A program made the translations under genes and the position numbers. A stretch of DNA of 64,000 bases, taken from Eledone cirrhosa (Eukaryota). The notes under the pieces are model-generated. The model had not been told where the DNA came from and did no database searches. It saw nothing but the letters and a program-made list of their open reading frames with translations. Shown in pieces: positions 46,101 through 61,100 of this stretch. The DNA is taken from contig OZ024764.1 in NCBI GenBank assembly GCA_964016885.1, positions 62,001-126,000 on the forward strand, written 5' to 3'. The stretch's first letter is position 1. Every line of letters begins with the position of its first letter.

Positions 46101-49100
46101 GTTATATGTTATAATTCCCCAGTTGACCTATACTAAAGGGCTTCACTGATAGGGTTATATGTTATAATTTCCCAGTTGACCTATACTAAAGGGCTTCACT
46201 GATAGGGTTATATGTTATAATTCCCCAGTTGACCTATACTTAAGGGCTTCACTGATAGGGTTATATGTTATAATTTCCCAGTTGACCTATACTAAAGGGC
46301 TTCACTGATAGGGTTATATGTTATAATTCCCCAGTTGACCTATACTAAAGGGCTTCACTGATAGGGTTATATGTTATAATTCCCCAGTTGACCTATACTA
46401 AAGGGCTTCACTGATAGGGTTATATGTTATAATTCCCCAGTTGACCTATACTAAAGGGCTTCACTGATAGGGTTATATGTTATAATTTCCCAGTTGACCT
46501 ATACTAAAGGGCTTCACTGATAGGGTTATATGTTATAATTCCCCAGTTGACCTATACTAAAGGGCTTCACTGATAGGGTTATATGTTATAATTCCCCAGT
46601 TGACCTATACTAAAGGGCTTCACTGATAGGGTTATATGTTATAATTTCCCAGTTGACCTATACTAAAGGGCTTCACTGATAGGGTTATATGTTATAATTC
46701 CCCAGTTGACCTATACTAAAGGGCTTCACTGATAGGGTTATATGTTATAATTCCCCAGTTGACCTATACTAAAGGGCTTCACTGATAGGGTTATATGTTA
46801 TAATTCCCCAGTTGACCTATACTAAAGGGCTTCACTGATAGGGTTATATGTTATAATTCCCCAGTTGACCTATACTAAAGGGCTTCACTGATAGGGTTAT
46901 ATGTTATAATTCCCCAGTTGACCTATACTAAAGGGCTTCACTGATAGGGTTATATGTTATAATTCCCCAGTTGACCTATACTAAAGGGCTTCACTGATAG
47001 GGATATATGTTATAATTTCCCAGTTGACCTATACTAAAGGGCTTCACTGATAGGGTTATTTGTTATAATTCCCCAGTTGACCTATACTAAAGGGCTTCAC
47101 TGATAGGGATATGTGTGTTATAATTCCCCAGTTGACCTATACTAAAGGGCTTCACTGATAGGGTTATATGTGTTATAATTCCCCAGTTGACCTATACTAA
47201 AGGGCTTCACTGATAGGGTTATATGTTATAATTTCCCAGTTGACCTATACTAAAGGACTTCACTGATAGGGATATATGTTATAATTTCCCAGTTGACCTA
47301 TACTAAAGGACTTCACTGATAGGGATATATGTTATAATTTCCCAGTTGACCTATACTAAAGGTCTTCACTGATAGGGATATATGTTATAATTTCCCAGTT
47401 GACCTATACTAAAGGGCTTCACTGATAGGGTTATATGTTATAATTTCCCAGTTGACCTATACTAAAGGGCTTCACTGATAGGGTTATATGTTATAATTTC
47501 CCAGTTGACCTATACTAAAGGGCTTCACTGATAGGGATATATGTGTTATAATTCCCCAGTTGACCTATACTAAAGGACTTCACTGATAGGGTTATATGTT
47601 ATAATTCCCCAGTTGACCTATACTAAAGGTCTTCACTGATAGGGTTATATGTTATAATTCCCCAGTTGACCTATACTAAAGGGCTTCACTGATAGGGTTA
47701 TATGTTACAATTCCCCAGTTGACCTATACTAAAGGGTTTCACTGATAGGGTTATATGTTATAATTCCCCAGTTGACCTATACTAAAGGGCTTCACTGATA
47801 GGGTTATATGTTATAATTCCCTAGTTGACCTATACTAAAGGGCTTCACTGATAGGGTTATATGTTACAATTCCCCAGTTGACCTATACTAAAGGGTTTCA
47901 CTGATAGGGTTATATGTTATAATTCCCCAGTTGACCTATACTAAAGGGCTTCACTGATAGGGTTATATGTTATAATTCCCCAGTTGACCTATACTAAAGG
48001 GCTTCACTGATAGGGTTATATGTTATAATTTCCCAGTTGACCTATACTAAAGGTCTTCACTGATAGGGTTATATGTTATAATTCCCCAGTTGACCTATAC
48101 TAAAGGGCTTCACTGATAGGGTTATGTGTTATAATTTCCCAGTTGACCTATACTAAAGGACTTCACTGATAGGGATATATGTTATAATTTCCCAGTTGAC
48201 CTATACTAAAGGTCTTCACTGATAGGGATATATGTTATAATTTCCCAGTTGACCTATACTAAAGGGCTTCACTGATAGGGTTATATGTTATAATTTCCCA
48301 GTTGACCTATACTAAAGGTCTTCACTGATAGGGTTATATGTTATAATTCCCCAGTTGACCTATACTAAAGGGCTTCACTGATAGGGTTATTTGTTATAAT
48401 TCCCCAGTTGACCTATACTAAAGGGCTTCACTGATAGGGTTATATGTTATAATTCCCCAGTTGACCTATACTAAAGGTCTTCACTGATAGGGTTATATGT
48501 TATAATTCCCTAGTTGACCTATACTAAAGGGCTTCACTGATAGGGTTATATGTTATAATTCCCCAGTTGACCTATACTAAAGGGCTTCACTGATAGGGTT
48601 ATATGTTATAATTTCCCAGTTGACCTATACTAAAGGTCTTCACTGATAGGGTTATATGTTATAATTCCCCAGTTGACCTATACTAAAGGGCTTCACTGAT
48701 AGGGTTATGTGTTATAATTTCCCAGTTGACCTATACTAAAGGGCTTCACTGATAGGGTTATATGTTATAATTCCCCAGTTGACCTATACTAAAGGGCTTC
48801 ACTGATAGGGTTATGTGTTATAATTCCCCAGTTGACCTATACTAAAGGGCTTCACTGATAGGGTTATGTGTTATAATTCCCCAGTTGACCTATACTAAAG
48901 GGCTTCACTGATAGGGTTACATGTTATAATTTCCCTATTGACCTATACTAAAGGGCTTCACTGATAGGGTTATATGTGTTATAATTCCCCAGTTGACCTA
49001 TACTAAAGGGCTTCACTGATAGGGTTATATGTTATAATTCCCCAGTTGACCTATACTAAAGGGCTTCACTGATAGGGTTATATGTTATAATTTCCCAGTT

Positions 49101-52100
49101 GACCTATACTAAAGGGCTTCACTGATAGGGTTATATGTGTTATAATTCCCCAGTTGACCTATACTAAAGGGCTTCACTGATAGGGTTATATGTGTTATAA
49201 TTCCCCAGTTGACCTATACTAAAGGGCTTCACTGATAGGGTTATATGTGTTATAATTCCCCAGTTGACCTATACTAAAGGGCTTCACTGATAGGGTTATA
49301 TGTTATAATTTCCCAGTTGACCTATACTAAAGGGCTTCACTGATAGGGTTATATGTGTTATAATTTCCCAGTTGACCTATACTAAAGGGCTTCGCTGATA
49401 GGGTTATATGTGTTATAATTCCCCAGTTGACCTATACTAAAGGGCTTCACTGATAGGGTTATATGTGTTATAATTCCCCAGTTGACCTATACTAAAGGGC
49501 TTCACTGATAGGGTTATATGTTATAATTTCCCAGTTGACCTATACTAAAGGGCTTCACTGATAGGGTTATATGTGTTATAATTTCCCAGTTGACCTATAC
49601 TAAAGGGCTTCACTGATAGGGTTATATGTGTTATAATTCCCCAGTTGACCTATACTAAAGGGCTTCACTGATAGGGTTATATGTGTTATAATTTCCCAGT
49701 TGACCTATACTAAAGGGCTTCACTGATAGGGTTATATGTGTTATAATTTCCCAGTTGACCTATACTAAAGGGCTTCACTGATAGGGTTATATGTGTTATA
49801 ATTCCCCAGTTGACCTATACTAAAGGGCTTCACTGATAGGGTTATATGTTATAATTCCCCAGTTGACCTATACTAAAGGGCTTCACTGATAGGGTTATAT
49901 GTTATAATTCCCCAGTTGACCTAAACTAAAGGGCTTCACTGATAGGGTTATATGTTATAATTCCCCAGTTGACCTATACTAAAGGACTTCACTGATAGGG
50001 TTATATGTTATAATTCCCCAGTTGACCTATACTAAAGGGCTTCACTGATAGGGTTATATGTTATAATTCCCCAGTTGACCTATACTAAAGGGCTTCACTG
50101 ATAGGGCTATATGTTATAATTCCCCAGTTGACCTATACTAAAGGGCTTCACTGATAGGGTTATATGTTATAATTCCCCAGTTGACCTATACTAAAGGACT
50201 TCACTGATAGGGTTATGTGTTATAATTCCCCAGTTGACCTATACTAAAGGGCTTCACTGATAGGGTTATATGTTATAATTCCCCAGTTGACCTATACTAA
50301 AGGGCTTCACTGATAGGGTTATATGTTATAATTTCCCAATTGACCTATACTAAAGGGCTTCACTGATAGGGTTATATGTTATAATTCCCCAGTTGACCTA
50401 TACTAAAGGACTTCACTGATAGGGTTATGTGTTATAATTCCCCAGTTGACCTATACTAAAGGGCTTCACTGATAGGGTTATATGTTATAATTCCCCAGTT
50501 GACCTATACTAAAGGGCTTCACTGATAGGGTTATGTGTTATAATTCCCCAGTTGACCTATACTAAAGGGCTTCACTGATAGGGTTATATGTTATAATTCC
50601 CCAGTTGACCTATACTAAAGGGCTTCACTGATAGGGTTATATGTTATAATTTCCCAGTTGACCTATACTAAAGGGCTTCACTGATAGGGTTACATGTGTT
50701 ATAATTCCCCAGTTGACCTATACTAAGGGGCTTCACTGATAGGGTTATATGTTATAATTCCCCAGTTGACCTATACTAAAGGACTTCACTGATAGGGTTA
50801 TATGTTATAATTCCCCAGTTGACCTATACTAAAGGGCTTCACTGATAGGGTTATATGTTATAATTCCCCAGTTGACCTATACTAAAGGGTTTCACTGATA
50901 GGGTTATATGTTATAATTCCCCAGTTGGCCTATACTAAAGGGCTTCACTGATAGGGTTATATGTTATAATTCCCCAGTTGACCTATACTAAAGGGCTTCA
51001 CTGATAGGGTTATATGTTATAATTTCCCAGTTGACCTATACTAAAGGGCTTCACTGATAGGGTTATATGTTATAATTCCCCAGTTGACCTATACTAAAGG
51101 GCTTCACTGTTAGGGTTATATGTTATAATTCCCCAGTTGACCTATACTAAAGGGCTTCACTGATAGGGTTATATGTTATAATACCCCAGTTGACCTATAC
51201 TAAAGGGCTTCACTGATAGGGTTATATGTTATAATTTCCCAGTTGACCTATACTAAAGGGCTTCACTGATAGGGTTATATGTTATAATTTCCCAGTTGAC
51301 CTATACTAAAGGGCTTCACTGATAGGGTTATATGTTATAATTTCCCCAGTTGACCTATACTAAAGGGCTTCACTGATAGGGTTATATGTTATAATTTCCC
51401 AGTTGACCTATACTAAAGGGCTTCACTGATAGGGTTATATGTTATAATTCCCCAGTTGACCTATATTAAAGGGCTTCACTGATAGGGTTGTGTGTGTTAT
51501 AATTTCCCAGTTGACCTGTACTAAAGGGCTTCACTGATAGGGTTATATGTTATAATTCCCCAGTTGACCTATACTAAAGGACTTCACTGATAGGGTTATA
51601 TGTTATAATTCCCCAGTTGACCTATACTAAAGGGCTTCACTGATAGGGTTATATGTTATAATTTCCCAGTTGACCTATACTAACGGGCTTCACTGATAGG
51701 GTTATATGTTATAATTTCCCAGTTGACCTATACTAAAGGGCTTCACTGATAGGGTTATATTTTATAATTTCCCCAGTTGACCTATACTAAAGGGCTTCAC
51801 TGATAGGGTTATATGTTATAATTTCCCAGTTGACCTATACTAAAGGGCTTCACTGATAGGGTTATATGTTATAATTCCCCAGTTGACCTATACTAAAGGG
51901 TTTCACTGATAGGGTTATATGTTATAATTTCCCAGTTGACCTATACTAAAGGGCTTCACTGATAGGGTTATATGTTATAATTCCCCAGTTGACCTATACT
52001 AAAGGGCTTCACTGATAGGGTTATATGTTATAATTCCCCAGTTGACCTATACTAAAGGGTTTCACTGATAGGGTTATATGTTATAATTCCCCAGTTGGCC

Positions 52101-55100
52101 TATACTAAAGGGCCTCACTGATAGGGTTATATGTTATAATTCCCCAGTTGACCTATACTAAAGGGCTTCACTGATAGGATTATGTGTTATAATTCCCCAG
52201 TTGACCTATACTAAAGGGCTTCACTGGTAGGGTTATATGTTATAATTCCCTAGTTGACCTATACTAAAGGGCTTCACTGATAGGGTTATATGTTATAATT
52301 CCCCAGTTGACCTATACTAAAGGACTTCACTGATAGGGTTATATGTTATAATTCCCCAGTTGACCTATACTAAAGGGCTTCACTGATAGGGTTATATGTT
52401 ATAATTCCCCAGTTGACCTATACTAAAGGGCTTCACTGATAGGATTATGTGTTATAATTCCCCAGTTGACCTATACTAAAGGGCTTCACTGATAGGGTTA
52501 TATGTTATAATTCCCTAGTTGACCTATACTAAAGGGCTTCACTGATAGGGTTATATGTTATAATTCCCCAGTTGACCTATACTAAAGGACTTCACTGATA
52601 GGGTTATATGTTATAATTCCCCAGTTGACCTATACTAAAGGGCTTCACTGATAGGGTTATATGTTATAATTCCCCAGTTGACCTATACTAAAGGGCTTCA
52701 CTGATAGGGTTATGTGTTATAATTCCCCAGTTGACCTATACTAAGGGGCTTCACTGATAGGGTTATATGTTATAATTCCCCAGTTGACCTATACTAAAGG
52801 ACTTCACTGATAGGGTTATATGTTATAATTCCCCAGTTGACCTATACTAAAGGGCTTCACTGATAGGGTTATATGTTATAATTCCCCAGTTGACCTATAC
52901 TAAAGGACTTCACTGATAGGGTTATATGTTATAATTCCCCAGTTGACCTATACTAAAGGGCTTCACTGATAGGGTTATATGTTATAATTCCCCAGTTGAC
53001 CTATACTAAAGGGCTTCACTGATAGGGTTATATGTTATAATTTCCCAGTTGACCTATACTAAAGGGCTTCACTGATAGGGTTATATGTGTTATAATTCCC
53101 CAGTTGACCTATACTAAAGGGCTTCACTGATAGGGTTATATGTGTTATAATTCCCCAGTTGACCTATACTAAAGGGCTTCACTGATAGGGTTATATGTGT
53201 TATAATTCCCCAGTTGACCTATACTAAAGGGCTTCACTGATAGGGTTATATGTTATAATTTCCCAGTTGACCTATACTAAAGGGCTTCACTGATAGGGTT
53301 ATATGTGTTATAATTTCCCAGTTGACCTATACTAAAGGGCTTCGCTGATAGGGTTATATGTGTTATAATTCCCCAGTTGACCTATACTAAAGGGCTTCAC
53401 TGATAGGGTTATATGTGTTATAATTCCCCAGTTGACCTATACTAAAGGGCTTCACTGATAGGGTTATATGTTATAATTTCCCAGTTGACCTATACTAAAG
53501 GGCTTCACTGATAGGGTTATATGTGTTATAATTTCCCAGTTGACCTATACTAAAGGGCTTCACTGATAGGGTTATATGTGTTATAATTCCCCAGTTGACC
53601 TATACTAAAGGGCTTCACTGATAGGGTTATATGTGTTATAATTTCCCAGTTGACCTATACTAAAGGGCTTCACTGATAGGGTTATATGTGTTATAATTTC
53701 CCAGTTGACCTATACTAAAGGGCTTCACTGATAGGGTTATATGTGTTATAATTCCCCAGTTGACCTATACTAAAGGGCTTCACTGATAGGGTTATATGTT
53801 ATAATTCCCCAGTTGACCTATACTAAAGGGCTTCACTGATAGGGTTATATGTTATAATTCCCCAGTTGACCTAAACTAAAGGGCTTCACTGATAGGGTTA
53901 TATGTTATAATTCCCCAGTTGACCTATACTAAAGGACTTCACTGATAGGGTTATATGTTATAATTCCCCAGTTGACCTATACTAAAGGGCTTCACTGATA
54001 GGGTTATATGTTATAATTCCCCAGTTGACCTATACTAAAGGGCTTCACTGATAGGGCTATATGTTATAATTCCCCAGTTGACCTATACTAAAGGGCTTCA
54101 CTGATAGGGTTATATGTTATAATTCCCCAGTTGACCTATACTAAAGGACTTCATTGATAGGGTTATGTGTTATAATTCCCCAGTTGACCTATACTAAAGG
54201 GCTTCACTGATAGGGTTATATGTTATAATTCCCCAGTTGACCTATACTAAAGGGCTTCACTGATAGGGTTATATGTTATAATTTCCCAATTGACCTATAC
54301 TAAAGGGCTTCACTGATAGGGTTATATGTTATAATTCCCCAGTTGACCTATACTAAAGGACTTCACTGATAGGGTTATGTGTTATAATTCCCCAGTTGAC
54401 CTATACTAAAGGGCTTCACTGATAGGGTTATATGTTATAATTCCCCAGTTGACCTATACTAAAGGGCTTCACTGATAGGGTTATGTGTTATAATTCCCCA
54501 GTTGACCTATACTAAAGGGCTTCACTGATAGGGTTATATGTTATAATTCCCCAGTTGACCTATACTAAAGGGCTTCACTGATAGGGTTATATGTTATAAT
54601 TTCCCAGTTGACCTATACTAAAGGGCTTCACTGATAGGGTTACATGTGTTATAATTCCTCAGTTGACCTATACTAAGGGGCTTCACTGATAGGGTTATAT
54701 GTTATAATTCCCCAGTTGACCTATACTAAAGGACTTCACTGATAGGGTTATATGTTATAATTCCCCAGTTGACCTATACTAAAGGGCTTCACTGATAGGG
54801 TTATATGTTATAATTCCCCAGTTGACCTATACTAAAGGGTTTCACTGATAGGGTTATATGTTATAATTCCCCAGTTGGCCTATACTAAAGGGCTTCACTG
54901 ATAGGGTTATATGTTATAATTCCCCAGTTGACCTATACTAAAGGGCTTCACTGATAGGGTTATATGTTATAATTTCCCAGTTGACCTATACTAAAGGGCT
55001 TCACTGATAGGGTTATATGTTATAATTCCCCAGTTGACCTATACTAAAGGGCTTCACTGTTAGGGTTATATGTTATAATTCCCCAGTTGACCTATACTAA

Positions 55101-58100
55101 AGGGCTTCACTGATAGGGTTATATGTTATAATACCCCAGTTGACCTATACTAAAGGGCTTCACTGATAGGGTTATATGTTATAATTTCCCAGTTGACCTA
55201 TACTAAAGGGCTTCACTGATAGGGTTATATGTTATAATTTCCCAGTTGACCTATACTAAAGGGCTTCACTGATAGGGTTATATGTTATAATTTCCCCAGT
55301 TGACCTATACTAAAGGGCTTCACTGATAGGGTTATATGTTATAATTTCCCAGTTGACCTATACTAAAGGGCTTCACTGATAGGGTTATATGTTATAATTC
55401 CCCAGTTGACCTATATTAAAGGGCTTCACTGATAGGGTTGTGTGTGTTATAATTTCCCAGTTGACCTGTACTAAAGGGCTTCACTGATAGGGTTATATGT
55501 TATAATTCCCCAGTTGACCTATACTAAAGGACTTCACTGATAGGGTTATATGTTATAATTCCCCAGTTGACCTATACTAAAGGACTTCACTGATAGGGTT
55601 ATATGTTATAATTCCCCAGTTGACCTATACTAAAGGGCTTCACTGATAGGGTTATATGTTATAATTTCCCAGTTGACCTATACTAACGGGCTTCACTGAT
55701 AGGGTTATATGTTATAATTTCCCAGTTGACCTATACTAAAGGGCTTCACTGATAGGGTTATATGTTATAATTTCCCCAGTTGACCTATACTAAAGGGCTT
55801 CACTGATAGGGTTATATGTTATAATTTCCCAGTTGACCTATACTAAAGGGCTTCACTGATAGGGTTATATGTTATAATTCCCCAGTTGACCTATACTAAA
55901 GGGTTTCACTGATAGGGTTATATGTTATAATTTCCCAGTTGACCTATACTAAAGGGCTTCACTGATAGGGTTATATGTTATAATTCCCCAGTTGACCTAT
56001 ACTAAAGGGCTTCACTGATAGGGTTATATGTTATAATTCCCCAGTTGACCTATACTAAAGGGTTTCACTGATAGGGTTATATGTTATAATTCCCCAGTTG
56101 GCCTATACTAAAGGGCCTCACTGATAGGGTTATATGTTATAATTCCCCAGTTGACCTATACTAAAGGGCTTCACTGATAGGATTATGTGTTATAATTCCC
56201 CAGTTGACCTATACTAAAGGGCTTCACTGGTAGGGTTATATGTTATAATTCCCTAGTTGACCTATACTAAAGGCTTCACTGATAGGGTTATATGTTATAA
56301 TTCCCCAGTTGACCTATACTAAAGGACTTCACTGATAGGGTTATATGTTATAATTCCCCAGTTGACCTATACTAAAGGGCTTCACTGATAGGGTTATATG
56401 TTATAATTCCCCAGTTGACCTATACTAAAGGGCTTCACTGATAGGATTATGTGATATAATTCCCCAGTTGACCTATACTAAAGGGCTTCACTGATAGGGT
56501 TATATGTTATAATTCCCTAGTTGACCTATACTAAAGGGCTTCACTGATAGGGTTATATGTTATAATTCCCCAGTTGACCTATACTAAAGGACTTCACTGG
56601 TAGGGTTATATGTTATAATTCCCCAGTTGACCTATACTAAAGGGCTTCACTGATAGGGTTATATGTTATAATTCCCCAGTTGACCTATACTAAAGGGCTT
56701 CACTGATAGGGTTATGTGTTATAATTCCCCAGTTGACCTATACTAAGGGGCTTCACTGATAGGGTTATATGTTATAATTCCCCAGTTGACCTATACTAAA
56801 GGACTTCACTGATAGGGTTATATGTTATAATTCCCCAGTTGACCTATACTAAAGGGCTTCACTAATAGGGTTATATGTTATAATTCCCCAGTTGACCTAT
56901 ACTAAAGGACTTCACTGATAGGGTTATATGTTATAATTCCCCAGTTGACCTATACTAAAGGGCTTCACTGATAGGGTTATATGTTATAATTTCCCAATTG
57001 ACCTATACTAAAGGGCTTCACTGATAGGGTTATATGTTATAATTCCCCAGTTGACCTATACTAAAGGACTTCACTGATAGGGTTATGTGTTATAATTCCC
57101 CAGTTGACCTATACTAAAGGGCTTCACTGATAGGGTTATATGTTATAATTCCCCAGTTGACCTATACTAAAGGGCTTCACTGATAGGGTTATGTGTTATA
57201 ATTCCCCAGTTGACCTATACTAAAGGGCTTCACTGATAGGGTTATATGTTATAATTCCCCAGTTGACCTATACTAAAGGGCTTCACTGATAGGGTTATAT
57301 GTTATAATTTCCCAGTTGACCTATACTAAAGGGCTTCACTGATAGGGTTACATGTGTTATAATTCCTCAGTTGACCTATACTAAGGGGCTTCACTGATAG
57401 GGTTATATGTTATAATTCCCCAGTTGACCTATACTAAAGGACTTCACTGATAGGGTTATATGTTATAATTCCCCAGTTGACCTATACTAAAGGGCTTCAC
57501 TGATAGGGTTATATGTTATAATTCCCCAGTTGACCTATACTAAAGGGTTTCACTGATAGGGTTATATGTTATAATTCCCCAGTTGGCCTATACTAAAGGG
57601 CTTCACTGATAGGGTTATATGTTATAATTCCCCAGTTGACCTATACTAAAGGGCTTCACTGATAGGGTTATATGTTATAATTTCCCAGTTGACCTATACT
57701 AAAGGGCTTCACTGATAGGGTTATATGTTATAATTCCCCAGTTGACCTATACTAAAGGGCTTCACTGTTAGGGTTATATGTTATAATTCCCCAGTTGACC
57801 TATACTAAAGGGCTTCACTGATAGGGTTATATGTTATAATACCCCAGTTGACCTATACTAAAGGGCTTCACTGATAGGGTTATATGTTATAATTTCCCAG
57901 TTGACCTATACTAAAGGGCTTCACTGATAGGGTTATATGTTATAATTTCCCAGTTGACCTATACTAAAGGGCTTCACTGATAGGGTTATATGTTATAATT
58001 TCCCCAGTTGACCTATACTAAAGGGCTTCACTGATAGGGTTATATGTTATAATTTCCCAGTTGACCTATACTAAAGGGCTTCACTGATAGGGTTATATGT

Positions 58101-61100
58101 TATAATTCCCCAGTTGACCTATATTAAAGGGCTTCACTGATAGGGTTGTGTGTGTTATAATTTCCCAGTTGACCTGTACTAAAGGGCTTCACTGATAGGG
58201 TTATATGTTATAATTCCCCAGTTGACCTATACTAAAGGACTTCACTGATAGGGTTATATGTTATAATTCCCCAGTTGACCTATACTAAAGGACTTCACTG
58301 ATAGGGTTATATGTTATAATTCCCCAGTTGACCTATACTAAAGGGCTTCACTGATAGGGTTATATGTTATAATTTCCCAGTTGACCTATACTAACGGGCT
58401 TCACTGATAGGGTTATATGTTATAATTTCCCAGTTGACCTATACTAAAGGGCTTCACTGATAGGGTTATATGTTATAATTTCCCCAGTTGACCTATACTA
58501 AAGGGCTTCACTGATAGGGTTATATGTTATAATTTCCCAGTTGACCTATACTAAAGGGCTTCACTGATAGGGTTATATGTTATAATTCCCCAGTTGACCT
58601 ATACTAAAGGGTTTCACTGATAGGGTTATATGTTATAATTTCCCAGTTGACCTATACTAAAGGGCTTCACTGATAGGGTTATATGTTATAATTCCCCAGT
58701 TGACCTATACTAAAGGGCTTCACTGATAGGGTTATATGTTATAATTCCCCAGTTGACCTATACTAAAGGGTTTCACTGATAGGGTTATATGTTATAATTC
58801 CCCAGTTGGCCTATACTAAAGGGCCTCACTGATAGGGTTATATGTTATAATTCCCCAGTTGACCTATACTAAAGGGCTTCACTGATAGGATTATGTGTTA
58901 TAATTCCCCAGTTGACCTATACTAAAGGGCTTCACTGGTAGGGTTATATGTTATAATTCCCTAGTTGACCTATACTAAAGGCTTCACTGATAGGGTTATA
59001 TGTTATAATTCCCCAGTTGACCTATACTAAAGGACTTCACTGATAGGGTTATATGTTATAATTCCCCAGTTGACCTATACTAAAGGGCTTCACTGATAGG
59101 GTTATATGTTATAATTCCCCAGTTGACCTATACTAAAGGGCTTCACTGATAGGATTATGTGATATAATTCCCCAGTTGACCTATACTAAAGGGCTTCACT
59201 GATAGGGTTATATGTTATAATTCCCTAGTTGACCTATACTAAAGGGCTTCACTGATAGGGTTATATGTTATAATTCCCCAGTTGACCTATACTAAAGGAC
59301 TTCACTGGTAGGGTTATATGTTATAATTCCCCAGTTGACCTATACTAAAGGGCTTCACTGATAGGGTTATATGTTATAATTCCCCAGTTGACCTATACTA
59401 AAGGGCTTCACTGATAGGGTTATGTGTTATAATTCCCCAGTTGACCTATACTAAGGGGCTTCACTGATAGGGTTATATGTTATAATTCCCCAGTTGACCT
59501 ATACTAAAGGACTTCACTGATAGGGTTATATGTTATAATTCCCCAGTTGACCTATACTAAAGGGCTTCACTAATAGGGTTATATGTTATAATTCCCCAGT
59601 TGACCTATACTAAAGGACTTCACTGATAGGGTTATATGTTATAATTCCCCAGTTGACCTATACTAAAGGGCTTCACTGATAGGGTTATATGTTATAATTC
59701 CCCAGTTGACCTATACTAAAGGGCTTCACTGATAGGGTTATATGTTATAATTTCCCAGTTGACCTATACTAAAGGGCTTCACTGATAGGGTTATATGTTA
59801 TAATTTCCCAGTTGACCTATACTAAAGGACTTCACTGATAGGGTTATATGTTATAATTCCCCAGTTGACCTATACTAAAGGGCTTCACTGATAGGGTTAT
59901 ATGTTATAATTCCCCAGTTGACCTATACTAAAGGACTTCACTGATAGGGTTATATGTTATAATTCCCCAGTTGACCTATACTAAAGGGCTTCACTGATAG
60001 GGTTATATGTTATAATTCCCCAGTTGACCTATACTAAAGGGCTTCACTGATAGGGTTATATGTTATAATATCCCAGTTGACCTATACTAAAGGGCTTCAC
60101 TGATAGGGTTATATGTTATAATTCCCCAGTTGACCTATACTAAAGGGCTTCACTGATAGGGTTATATGTTATAATTCCCCAGTTGACCTATACTAAAGGG
60201 CTTCACTGATAGGGTTATATGTTATAATTCCCCAGTTGACCTATACTAAAGGGCTTCACTGATAGGGTTATATGTTATAATTTCCCAGTTGACCTATACT
60301 AAAGGGCTTCACTGATAGGGTTATATGTTATAATTCCCCAGTTGACCTATACTAAAGGGCTTCACTGATAGGGTTATATGTTATAATTTCCCAGTTGACC
60401 TATACTAAAGGGCTTCACTGATAGGGTTATATGTTATAATTCCCCAGTTGACCTATACTAAAGGGCTTCACTGATAGGGTTATATGTTATAATTCCCCAG
60501 TTGACCTATACTAAAGGGCTTCACTGATAGGGTTATATGTTATAATTCCCCAGTTGACCTATACTAAAGGGCTTCACTGATAGGGTTATATGTTATAATT
60601 TCCCAGTTGACCTATACTAAAGGGCTTCACTGATAGGGTTATATGTTATAATTCCCCAGTTGACCTATACTAAAGGGCTTCACTGATAGGGTTATATGTT
60701 ATAATTCCCCAGTTGACCTATACTAAAGGGCTTCACTGATAGGGTTATATGTTATAATTTCCCAGTTGACCTATACTAAAGGGCTTCACTGATAGGGTTA
60801 TATGTTATAATTCCCCAGTTGACCTATACTAAAGGGCTTCACTGATAGGGTTATATGTTATAATTCCCCAGTTGACCTATACTAAAGGGCTTCACTGATA
60901 GGGTTATATGTTATAATTCCCCAGTTGACCTATACTAAAGGGCTTCACTGATAGGGTTATATGTTATAATTCCCCAGTTGACCTATACTAAAGGGCTTCA
61001 CTGATAGGGTTATATGTTATAATTCCCCAGTTGACCTATACTAAAGGGCTTCACTGATAGGGTTATATGTTATAATTCCCCAGTTGACCTATACTAAAGG